64,000 nucleotides of DNA, taken from positions 16,088,330-16,152,329 of the forward strand of contig OZ316898.1 in assembly GCA_973895155.1 (NCBI GenBank), written 5' to 3'. Positions within the stretch are counted from its first letter, which is position 1; every line of letters begins with the position of its first letter. Under the pieces are notes generated by a model, which saw only the letters and a program-made list of their open reading frames with translations, was not told the origin of the DNA and searched no databases. Source of the stretch: Marsupella aquatica (Eukaryota > Plantae > Marchantiophyta). Of the stretch, positions 39,801 through 48,691 are shown piece after piece. The translations under genes were made by a program, and so were the position numbers.

Positions 39801-40074
39801 ACTGCTTGCTGGGATCTTCATGTTCAATAGAGGTGATGTGTTGAAGTTGATTCTTGGTGTAGACAGCAATGCCTCCAAACCCTCTTCCCCGTGTGGTCTT
39901 CTTCTCATTGAAGATGGATTGTATGCAAGTAAAGCCTTTAATGCTAGGTAGAGCATTTCCCTCATATTCCCAAGTCTCCGTGAAAAGCAAGATGTCAAAA
40001 TTCTCAAACAAAGGTTCCCCTCCAATTGCTGTTTCTATGGAAAGTCCTGAAACATTCCATGCCATGACTCTCAA
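36871..40074 (-). CDS. LINE ORF2: APE endonuclease, reverse transcriptase and C-terminal CCHC-like domain
   Basis: AWNVSG, ETW, GDFNAR, STIDY; QAGFR, FVDFSKAFD, GVIQGCPLSPTLF, FADD, YKYLG; HHLEVEQGRW...CQLC...ENEYHVFIAC. Confidence 0.95.
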   Translation of the reverse strand: MRVMAWNVSGLSIETAIGGEPLFENFDILLFTETWEYEGNALPSIKGFTCIQSIFNEKKTTRGRGFGGIAVYTKNQLQHITSIEHEDPSKQFMVVRLHTRGTPSFLIVTYFAPLNMNVYKMGIADAHYPFHRLIQVIHDISPLGETWIVGDFNARVSNEQFTESEDLGTLPWSSCSEEIPWVREALDTRTNDMTRHFLHLGASCNLRILNGLERFPQSSGYTFRSKQGCSTIDYLLASPTSATRVVDFQILDQQPESSHLPLLFHLDLTTIPNKVHRKPVPKPLFLDPDREVIFKANFEHLLHTLDDQIELSEVIAQAAASTFSTKPPRKQNMKAWFDEDCARARMQARSHSGEKRFLAFTMYKNFIKHKKRCFLKSHQQSLCEEFIKHPKRFWERMQSGKTTPPLDHQDLVTYVTSLYFFPDASGMPLPLGDTIQFTEREVKVHLSHMQHGKAKDLLGLNLELLLWGGPSLLTNLVHELNQAMALGLPKAWMTRRVVPIFKAGNKDDVHNYRTIMVGNTFAKILGGLLEARLSSWLESEMKRAPSQAGFRREFSTMDHILCLRVLCEKAKSPHKPLFCLFVDFSKAFDKVSRSKLWDRMVELEVPEELRLAVSKLYQEVRIKLSKETSEEIWSTLGVIQGCPLSPTLFGIFIDQLHNILEEHGGVGTQLGRFVLQLLIFADDVVLLAHAQEALQRHLNALEEFCQATGMVVNLKKTKCLGIGTRQNPELYFQGNLVEFVRTYKYLGVEFSQNLSWASCVKSRAANGYRAFYAFMNKCKRAGLHTWRLRKHLFGALVKPVILYGAPIWGAGVSKSGWQQIEGLQKLFLEMELGIKSQTPYTLTLAEAGLFPLEVETLFHTLKYIMRVRELEENRFPFHALRSSSAKGWYADVCKWAHAWDFPEHEWPTHPTKLRAKLEQKALHKLWHEPSPRQQYYMRDVNPMKKYREQEYLSSTISVQLRQLIAQYRLSSHHLEVEQGRWKDIDRKKRVCQLCDSSSIENEYHVFIACKFYEGVRMASQILVKDLYALFGLPPQQLGRYIFAVDRERRIGLENLSGISRSIVSLRT

Positions 40075-40086
40075 GGTCCCAATCCA

Positions 40087-40860
40087 TCATTTAGAAACAA
40101 CTCTCTTCTTATTGGTAACAACAGCTTGTCCATTGCGCAAGTAGGCTACCAATCCTTGGTCTTTGGCTACCCTCACCTTCTCAAGCTCAATTTTCCTTGC
40201 TTGGACTTGTGTGGGAGTCAGATCATCATCCAACCAAATCCTTAGCCCTTTAAGCATGCTCCTGTTAGCCATCACTCTAGCTTTCTCGGATTCAGCTGCA
40301 AACTTCACCAAGATTGGACGTGGAAGGTCCCCCTTCTTTTGCCCAATCCTATATGCTTGCAAAATGATAGGGTCATGCACTTTCATCTGAGATTGGAAGA
40401 ATGAAATTGCTACCTTCTTGGTGTCTTCCTTCTCCTCCTCAACAAGGCCTGATATTTTGCAGTTGCTGACTCTTGCATGCTGGTTCTTGTGTTCTTCTTC
40501 TAGTGCTCTCCTCTCCTCCTCCTTGGCTTGGACAAATTCCATATGTGATTGTTTTGCAGCCTGTGCAAAGGTTTTGAGCTTCTCCTCAATCTCCCCTACA
40601 GCCTCATGTATCACTGATTTCTCTGGGCACATACTCTTCTCCATGTCTCCAAAACACGATGCAAGCAATGAGAGTTGCTTACCATTCTCCTGAGTTTGAG
40701 ATCGAAGATCACTAATCAACCTCTTTTGCTTGACATTCTCATTCTTTAGCTCCGTCACCTCCTTGCTGAGCGTGGTAATCTCAATTGCGGAGTTTTCAGC
40801 CACAACTAAGATTTTCTCAAGCAAAGCCTTGAGATGGGCAATCTCCTCCGTTGCCATCAC
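40087..40860 (-). CDS. LINE ORF1 (coiled coil plus RRM-like domain)
   Basis: N-terminal coiled coil; NCKISGLVE...AYRIG...RPILVKF...IWLDDDLT. Confidence 0.88.
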   Translation of the reverse strand: MMATEEIAHLKALLEKILVVAENSAIEITTLSKEVTELKNENVKQKRLISDLRSQTQENGKQLSLLASCFGDMEKSMCPEKSVIHEAVGEIEEKLKTFAQAAKQSHMEFVQAKEEERRALEEEHKNQHARVSNCKISGLVEEEKEDTKKVAISFFQSQMKVHDPIILQAYRIGQKKGDLPRPILVKFAAESEKARVMANRSMLKGLRIWLDDDLTPTQVQARKIELEKVRVAKDQGLVAYLRNGQAVVTNKKRVVSK

Positions 40861-40929
40861 AAAGCTGAAACTGTTGTTAGAATGTACTCTTAGACGACAA
40901 ATAGAAATTGGGAGCAGTAGAGGATGTCA

Positions 40930-41760
40930 GTTGCAGCTCTACCTTTGCCAGTGATACACTCTCGCTGTTTGCAACACTCTGCCAAAATCTGAGCTCAAAC
41001 CGCAGCCGATTGCCCTTCCAACTCGAAATGAAATTTCGCCCCAAGCTCAGAATCCCGAAACTGGACACGTAGCAGATCGTGCATGCTAAAGTGTATACCA
41101 AACAATGTCGGTTGCAGCTCTAACTTTGCCAGTGATACATTCTCGCTGTTTCCAATGCTCTGGCAAAGTCTGAGCTTAAACCGTAGCCAATTTCCCTTCC
41201 AACTCGAAGTGAAATTTTGCCCCAAGCTCAGAATTGTGAAACTGGAGACGTAATAGATCGTGCATGCTAAAGTGCATATCAAACAATGTCGGTTGCAGCT
41301 CTAACTTTGCCAGTGATACATTCTTGCTGTTTCCAATGCTCTGGCAAAATCTGAGCTCAAATCGCAGCCGATTGCCCTTCCAACTCGAAGTGAAATTTCA
41401 CCCCAAGCTTAGAATCGCGAAACTAGAGACGTAGCAGATTGCGCATGCTAAAGTGCATACCAAACGATGTCGGTTGCAGCTCTAACTTTGCCAGTGATAC
41501 ATTCTCGCTGTTTCCAATGCTCTGGCAAAGTCTGAGCTTAAACCGCAGCCGATTGCCCTTCCAACTCGAAGTGAAATTTCGCCCCAAGCTCAGAATCGCG
41601 AAACTGGAGACGTAGCAGATCGCGCATGCTAAAGTGCATACCAAACGATGTCGGTTGCAGCTCTAACTTTGCCAGTGATACATTCTCGCTGTTTGCAACA
41701 CTCTGCCAAAATCCGAGCTCAAACCGCAGCCGATTGCCCTTCCAACTCGAAGTGAAATTT
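40930..41760 (-). repeat. 181-bp tandem monomers in the LINE 5' UTR (about 4.6 units)
   Basis: gttgcagctcta.ctttgccagtgatac recurs at 40930, 41111, 41292, 41473 and 41654. Confidence 0.95.
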
Positions 41761-41808
41761 TGCGTACCGCTGTGCTTAGATGTTTTGACATTTCCGTGCC
41801 CATTCTCC

Positions 41809-42024
41809 ATAGGGAAAGGAGAATAGGTTTGGAAAATCTTTCAGGGCTCTCTAGGTCCATAGGGCTCTCTAGGTCCATAGTTTCTTTGAGGACATAGTTG
41901 TCCTCTTCTGAGCAATCTCTTTTGGTTGCTCTTTTCTTTGATTGCATTGTACTTTACTTTTTGTGGCAGCTCCTTTGACTTTCATGGTCCCGGAGCTTAT
42001 AATACATTACCATTACCATTACCA
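41809..42024 (+). mobile_element. LINE fragment B (3' end only), joined head-to-head to copy A
   Basis: Matches the ORF2 end, 3' UTR and tail; carries an 18-bp duplication (agggctctctaggtccat x2). Confidence 0.93.
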
Positions 42025-42372
42025 ATGAAACATGATGAGACTGGCCTATGGCTTGCCAATTTTAATATGCCTTATCCCTCAGCTGAGAAATTAGATTATG
42101 TCTTGCCCAGTCAGATTGAGCAGGTTTTCTTTTACCCAAACACAACCAGGGCCTCTTGGAGACATGTCCTCCATAAGGAAAGGAGGTCTCGACGAGTTGT
42201 TGAGGGTATAAATGACCTTGAGTTTAATGATCTTGTGGATCGTCATGAGGCTGTTGAGGCTGAGCTTGTTGCAGCAGCTAACAGACGAGTGCCCTTGGAT
42301 GAAGGAGAAATTGTAGTTTTTCAGGAGATGGCAGTGTTGACAAGAAGTGATAGTGATGATGATGATGTCTAG
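42025..42372 (+). pseudogene. CACTA TnpD C-terminal part (DUF4216-like)
   Basis: DETGLWLANF...YVLPSQIEQVFFY...WRHVL followed by an acidic tail. Confidence 0.75.
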
Positions 42373-43873
42373 GAAGATGAAGAAGATGAAGAAGATTCAG
42401 ATGAAGAGTGAGAATGTGCCTCTTGGGGCAGGAAGTACTGATTGCTCTTTGGTGATAGTGTTTTTTTATGCAATTTTGAATTGAAATGCATGATCGGTCT
42501 GGGGTGAAAGGTTCTGAGAATGCCTATGAGGCACAGAGGAATAAGAACATAGCAGCCAACCAAGCTATACTTGACCAGTTCGTAGGAACTGCTGCAAGAG
42601 ATTTAAAGTATGTACTCTATCCCTATATAGTTTTGAATTTATGCCTTGACTTTATTACTAATGGTTCACACTCATGACATTGCCAGGGTGATTGCAATTT
42701 ACGGGTGAGGCAAGGGTCAAGCGTCTATCTAAGTTGTCAAAGAAGACTGGACAGAATCAGCCGTCTATAGCAAAGCGTAGGAGTTCATGATTACTTGGCA
42801 GGCACCTGGAGAAAATCATGGAGAGTGACAACAGTGGGAGTGATGAGTCTGAAAAATCAGCTGAGACAAATTATGGGGCAGGTTTAAGTGATGGCTTTGA
42901 ATCAGATGGTGTTGAAGAGCTACGTAAGGTAAGAGAAGACTCACTGTCATTTTCTACTTCACTTGAAGCTAATTGCATTAATTGTCCAATTTCTGTATAT
43001 CTCAATCTGGTGCTACTGTTACTAATTACTTGAATGTGCACACTGTTATCCTCAGGCTCCCCGAAAGTCAGGGCTTAAATATTATGTGGATCCTAGGACA
43101 AAGGAAGTGAGTGTGTGTAAGTAATTTATTCATTATCTCACTTGCCATGAACTTGTTTTTGACTTGCCAAGTGAATCCTGAGTTCAGAGATTCTCACAGT
43201 TGCAGATTGATTGTCACAAGTTACATTAATGTTTGACTTGCTAACAAAATCTCTTTGGTTGGTTGTGGTAGTGACACCCTTTCCTAGAGCATCTGCTCAT
43301 GATCTGGATGATGGAATTGTCACAGAAAGATCAGAATAGACACACGTACGACAATCATCTTGTGCTGCAAAGAAACAATGGGAAGAGAACACAAGCGAGC
43401 GTCGCAAGTTGGGCATGAAGAAAGCTGCAATCACTGTATGTTGCTTGCGAAAGATCATGCTTGTGATTTATTGTTTGTCCTCTGTTATTGGTCTCTTATG
43501 ATGCATTGTGTGTAGATTTGGAACAATGATGTTGATCCTAGTGATCCATATCGGGCACGTTGGGGAGATGATCTTCGTGCTGTGTGTATGGGTAAACTGA
43601 ATCCTTCTATCTGTGAGATTAAGAAGCAAGACTCAGGGGTTCTTTTTCATGTTTATGCTGTGCTGGAGAACGATTGGGAGTATGTACAGGGGACTCTGTC
43701 AATGAAGAAGTTCAGGTCTCATTGTTCAGCAGTAATGAAAGCACAGCGAGCAAGACTCCACAAACATTTTTAGGAAGGTGGAAGACGCTTGGACAAGAAT
43801 CCCCCTGAGAATATGAAGCCTGAACATTGGAAGGCATTGTGTGAGTGGTGGCTGTCTCCAGAAGGGATGTCTA

Positions 43874-44416
43874 TGGTAATGGTAATGGTAATGTATTATA
43901 AGCTCTGGGACCATGAAAGTCAAAGGAGCTGCCACAAAAAGTAAAGTACAATGCAATCAAAGAAAAGAGCAACCAAAAGAGATTGCTCAGAAGAGGACAA
44001 CTATGTCCTCAAAGAAACTATGGACCTAGAGATCCCTGAAAGATTTTCCAAACCTATTCTCCTTTCCCTATCCACCGCAAAGATATATCTTCCAAGTTGC
44101 TGAGGGGGCAGACCAAACAATGCATACAAATCTTTCACCAAGATTTGAGATGCCATCCTAACCCCCTCATAAAACTTGCAAGCAATGAATACATGATATT
44201 CATTCTCTATACTAGAGTTATCACATAGTTGACAAACCCTCTTTTTCCTGTCAATATCCTTCCATCTCCCTTGTTCTACTTCAAGGTGGTGTGAGCTTAG
44301 TCTATACTGAGCAATAAGTTGTCTAAGTTGTACTAAGATAGTGCTAGATAAGTATTCTTGTTCTCGATATTTCTTCATGGGGTTCACATCTCTCATGTAG
44401 TATTGCTGCCGTGGGC
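43874..44416 (-). mobile_element. 5'-truncated LINE copy C
   Basis: Tail, 3' UTR and ORF2 end; TSD TCTA at 43870-43873 and 44417-44420. Confidence 0.93.
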
Positions 44417-44710
44417 TCTAGCATTGACAAGATGAAGTATGCAAGATCTAAAGTCATTAATCCATCAAGGGTTGGACGAGGTGGCTACCGTGGGAAGGAG
44501 TCTGACTTTGTAAGTATACAAGATTCATTTACAGTTATTATGAATGTTTGTAAACAACAAGTAGGCTTACAGCATGTGTCTTCCTTTGTTTTAGCAATTG
44601 GTATGCAAAGAAGCAAGAAGTTTCATTCTAATATGTATTGTTTGATTTCATTGCTCATAAGAGAAAAAGAGGGGAAAGTCCACCTCTATCTGAGCTACGC
44701 TCAAAAGATG

Positions 44711-45331
44711 GTAATGGTAATGGTAATGGTAATGTATTATAAGCTCCGGGACCATGAAAGTCAAAGGAGCTGCCACAAAAAGTAAAGTACAATGCAATCA
44801 AAGAAAAGAGCAACCAAAAGAGATTGCTCAGAAGAGGACAACTATGTCCTCAAAGAAACTATGGACCTAGAGAGCCCTATGGACCTAGAGAGCCCTGAAA
44901 GATTTTCCAAACCTATTCTCCTTTCCCTATCCACCGCAAAGATATATCTTCCAAGTTGTTGAGGGGCCAGACCAAACAATGCATACAAATCTTTCACCAA
45001 GATTTGAGATGCCATCCTAACCCCCTCATAAAACTTGCAAGCAATGAATACATGATATTCATTCTCTATACTAGAGCTATCACATAGTTGACAAACCCTC
45101 TTTTTCCTGTCAATATCCTTCCATCTCCCTTGTTCTACTTCAAGGTGGTGTGAGCTTAGTCTATACTGAGCAATAAGTTGTCTAAGTTGTACTGAGATAG
45201 TGCTAGATAAGTATTCTTGTTCTCGATATTTCTTCATGGGGTTCACATCTCTCATGTAGTATTGCTGCCGTGGGCTAGGTTCATGCCAAAGTTTGTGCAA
45301 AGCCTTTTGCTCAAGTTTTGCTCTTAGCTTG
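44711..45331 (-). mobile_element. 5'-truncated LINE copy D
   Basis: Tail and ORF2 end with the 18-bp duplication; TSD GATG at 44707-44710 and 45332-45335. Confidence 0.93.
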
Positions 45332-45548
45332 GATGATAGATTTGGAGTATCAAGTGTGAGATCTGTCACAGGACAGACCACACCATCTCATCGAAGAGGC
45401 AGAAAGTCAATTGTGAGTATTAGTTCACAAGTCCAATTTTTGATTTTCAAATTGCCAAGTCTAGGTGATACCAACTAACTTTTGTATGATTGTTCAATGG
45501 TTGCAGACACCAGGTTCCAGGGCTATGATGGGAGACGAGGAAGGACGT

Positions 45549-47305
45549 TGTCGTGGTAACTTTGGTGCAAATAGTACACCTAAGTTACACGGGTATATTT
45601 TGGGTTTGTAACATCTCGACTTAAGATAACAATTAAATAAGACCATAAGTCGGGTACCTATGCTTGTAGCGGGTTGCCGATTCATAAAGAAATGAGGAAC
45701 GAGAGGAGGAGGCAACAACTCTAAGGCAAGAAAGCAGCAATGGACGGAGTGCACGGGGCGCCAGTTGGATTTCCAAATCACGTTGAATTTCAATTTCGGG
45801 TTATGGAGAAAGTTCATTTTCGGCAATTCATCGTGCATCACTTTGGTGTGCGATTCCTTTGGGAGGTTGAAGAATCCGCTCAACCTTTGTTCTTACCCAC
45901 GCTTACATATGCACATAAGTGGGTTATATGTTTTTATGTTTTAACATAGTAGCTAGTTTGGTGATTCATCATGCCTAGTTACAAAATTTAGGCATCCTAT
46001 GATGGGTTAGAGTGATGACAAAGCACTTCTAAATAAAGTATTGTGGGCTATAGGAATAATTATCATAAACTAGAGTATAGGCCTACTAGGTGGCTTTACT
46101 TTTCCACTAGATTTGTGACATAGCAAAATATATAGGGATACGTGGCATACATATGTAAAAAGGCCTTGCATGGTTGCATGTCCATTTAGAATCAAACACA
46201 TGGCCAATTAGGTGTCGAAAGGAGTATAAGCATGGAAACATGCCCAATAGCATCCAAACACCTTGTTGTTTACATGTTCAAATATTATTGGACCATGTGT
46301 ACCAAAGGGGTGAGTCATTACCCCTCCAAAGCACTATAAATAAGAGGCCTGCCCCTTGGGGGTGGCATGGTGAGTTTTCTTTGTTATTCCAAATTTATGT
46401 GCAAGAATAGTGTGAGAAATATAAGAATTCATAGAATGTGCTTGGAAGCTAGAGATGTGACATTGTTAAAAAGTTATTAAATAGTAAAGGTTGTACTATA
46501 TAGAAAATCATTATGATATATTTTTCTTAGGGAAATAGTATTCTAAATTTGATCACCTTGATGAGCACACCAAGTTTGCTTTTGAAATCACTTGATTTTG
46601 GTATAATACTAGAAAGTTATGATGACTTGAAGGTTTAAATTATGCTCAAATAGAACCATATTTTTCTGAGTTTGAATATTGCTTATAATATTTTCCTAGA
46701 ATAAGATGCATATTTGAAATTTTTTCTTGGAAATAGATAAGAAGCTATGTCATGCCTAGGAAAAATTTTCAAGGGTATATCTATCTTTAAGTGAGATATA
46801 TAATATGGTGACGGTGACAGGGTCTTCGTAGCCTACAATTTAGATAGGTCCACCATTTTTCTTTGTACCTATTGATGGAGATAGAGTTTTGACTCGAACC
46901 TTTGAGGGATGATAGGATAGTAAGTACTTGGCTTGTTTGATATGGTACAAAGGATTCTGAATTACAAGATTAGGGACATTACAATCTATACTAATATTAG
47001 GCCTAGGAACTAATTCTGAATTACAAGATGAACCTCAATAGAGTTCATAGGCCTAATTTTAGTATAGATTGTAATGTTTGGGTGATATGTCGCCAAAAAA
47101 TTGAGTTTTGAGCCTTCATCATCAGAAACTTTGGGGAGTTGGCATATACCATGATCATTTCATCCCCGATTCCATTCATTGTTCCCATGACAATTGTGCG
47201 ATTTCGGGTAATGATCGTAGTGTTTTATTAGCACGTCGTAGCGCATTGTTCTTCTGACAGACAGAAGCCCGGGCTTTCCCGACATCGCCCACGAACTTCA
47301 CGACA
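45549..47305. mobile_element. Solo LTR (about 1.76 kb) inserted in the CACTA TnpA-like gene
   Basis: Termini TGTCGTG...CACGACA; TSD ACGT at 45545-45548 and 47306-47309. Removing it restores the frame GDEEGRDERMLSTIV. Confidence 0.82.
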
Positions 47306-47865
47306 ACGTGATGAGCGTATGTTGAGTACAATTGTGAATGCAATAAGTATAGGGATGAGTGTTGGGTTTGACAAAATGTTAACTGTTTTGACAAAACCTA
47401 GCCTAAGTCAAGATGTGGAAGAAACTAGAACTGTCCCAGTTGGGCCGGGACAGTCTTCAATGCCCTCACGAATGAGTTTAGTTCCAAAAAGTCATTCAGG
47501 CCATAGTACTTCAGCTGTGAAACTAGACTTTTTGGTGGACTTGACCAAAGAAGGTATGTTTTTTATAGAGGACAGTTAAAGTATGTGTAATCAAGCATGC
47601 ATGACTTGGATTAGTGAATGTTTTCTAATGTCTTGAAATGTTAATGGGCAGTTGAAGATGATCAGGGGATTGATCTCAATGTTGCTGTGGAATACAATTA
47701 TGACCTAGTGATTGTGAAGCAAGAGATCAATGGAGAAACAGAGGTGGTATACGAGATAGGTAACATCATCAGTTATCAGTGACTGATAACTGATATCAGT
47801 CACTGATATCAGTGAAGGGTCCATAGTGAGGGGATGTGGGCGAGGTCTCTGACATTGGCAAGGAT

Positions 47866-48424
47866 ATGTCGGCCTACTCGCCAACATCATAAAATCATTC
47901 AAGCAGACCCAATATGTCCTTTCCGTACACATTAATGCGACCAAATTAGAATGTCAGCGAGACCGCCGACTTGATCTTTACTATAATTGTTTTGGAAACT
48001 TCATACATTGTCTCTCCTTGGTGGGTTAGGCGCTACGCTTGGCTGTTTCGTGTTGGGAAAAGATCTCGGCGAGGGTCGCCAACTTCACAAAGCTGCATGC
48101 TCAAAACAAAGTTGTCTACTCAAAACCGCAAAATGTGTCAGAGACCCTCGCCGAGTGTTGCATGGCATTGGCGATCTGACGTACGTCCAGCAATCTGACA
48201 TATGCCAGCATATCTCAGAGAAGGCCGCCAAGATCTGGCCGAGTATCATCTCAGAGACCCTCGCCGAGTTTTGCATGTCGGCGAGGTGGTCGACATTGGC
48301 GATCTGACGTACATCCAGTGATTTGACGTACCCCAGTATATCTCAGAGAAGGCCGCCGAGATCTGACCAAGATTCATCTCAGAGACCCAAGCTGAGTTCT
48401 GCATGTCGGCGAGGTAGCCGACAT
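47866..48424. repeat. Segment bounded by inverted repeats, with internal palindromic repeats (MITE or subterminal-repeat-like)
   Basis: atgtcggcctactcgccaacat at 47866 is the imperfect inverse of atgtcggcgaggtagccgacat at 48403-48424. Repeated ctcgccgag...tgcatgtcggcgag units inside. Confidence 0.55.
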
Positions 48425-48691
48425 TGAAAAAACACCGTGCCAAACATGTCTGTCGTGCAAATGTCAAGTAATTTATTAATCACAAACTCGTACAAAATTT
48501 GTCCATGTTACAAAATCTGAACCAAAACTACCAGGGGTGAGGATAAATTCTTCTAAACTAGTAATGGTAATGGTAATGGTAATGTATTATAAGCTCCGGG
48601 ACCATGAAAGTCAAAGGAGCTGCCACAAAAAGTAAAGTACAATGCAATCAAATAAAAGAGCAACCAAAAGAGATTGTTCAGAAGAGGACAA

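Larger units (their letters stand above)
36738..41808 (-). mobile_element. RTEX-like LINE copy A, apparently full length with intact ORFs
   Basis: (TTACCA)n tail at 36738-36762, short 3' UTR, 1067-aa ORF2, 257-aa ORF1, about 4.6 x 181-bp 5' monomers and a unique 5' leader. Clade assigned from ORF architecture, not from phylogeny. Confidence 0.92.
29500..47710 (+). mobile_element. CACTA element 1 with putative cargo region (termini not identified; span is a minimum estimate)
   Basis: TnpD and TnpA-like genes. Cargo-like ORFs lie immediately upstream with no recognisable element boundary in between. Confidence 0.6.
42486..47710 (+). pseudogene. CACTA second gene (TnpA/Ptta-like), multi-exon, interrupted by two LINE fragments and a solo LTR
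   Basis: AYEAQRNKNIAANQAILDQF; WKALCEWWLSPEGMS-SIDKMKYARSKVINPSRVGRGGY. The reading frame resumes after each insertion. Confidence 0.75.

Noticed and set aside
40930-41760. Regular repeats resembling a CRISPR array
   Set aside because: Units are contiguous 181-bp monomers without unique spacers, lie in a LINE 5' UTR, and the context is eukaryotic with no cas genes.
36738-42024. TIR-bounded DNA transposon or DIRS/Penelope-like element carrying RT
   Set aside because: The inverted ends are two LINE 3' ends from different sublineages; there is no TSD, tyrosine recombinase or GIY-YIG domain.
47706-47710. TAGTG as the right terminus of CACTA 1
   Set aside because: It falls within apparent coding sequence, has no preceding subterminal repeats, and the TnpA C-terminal domain is missing.
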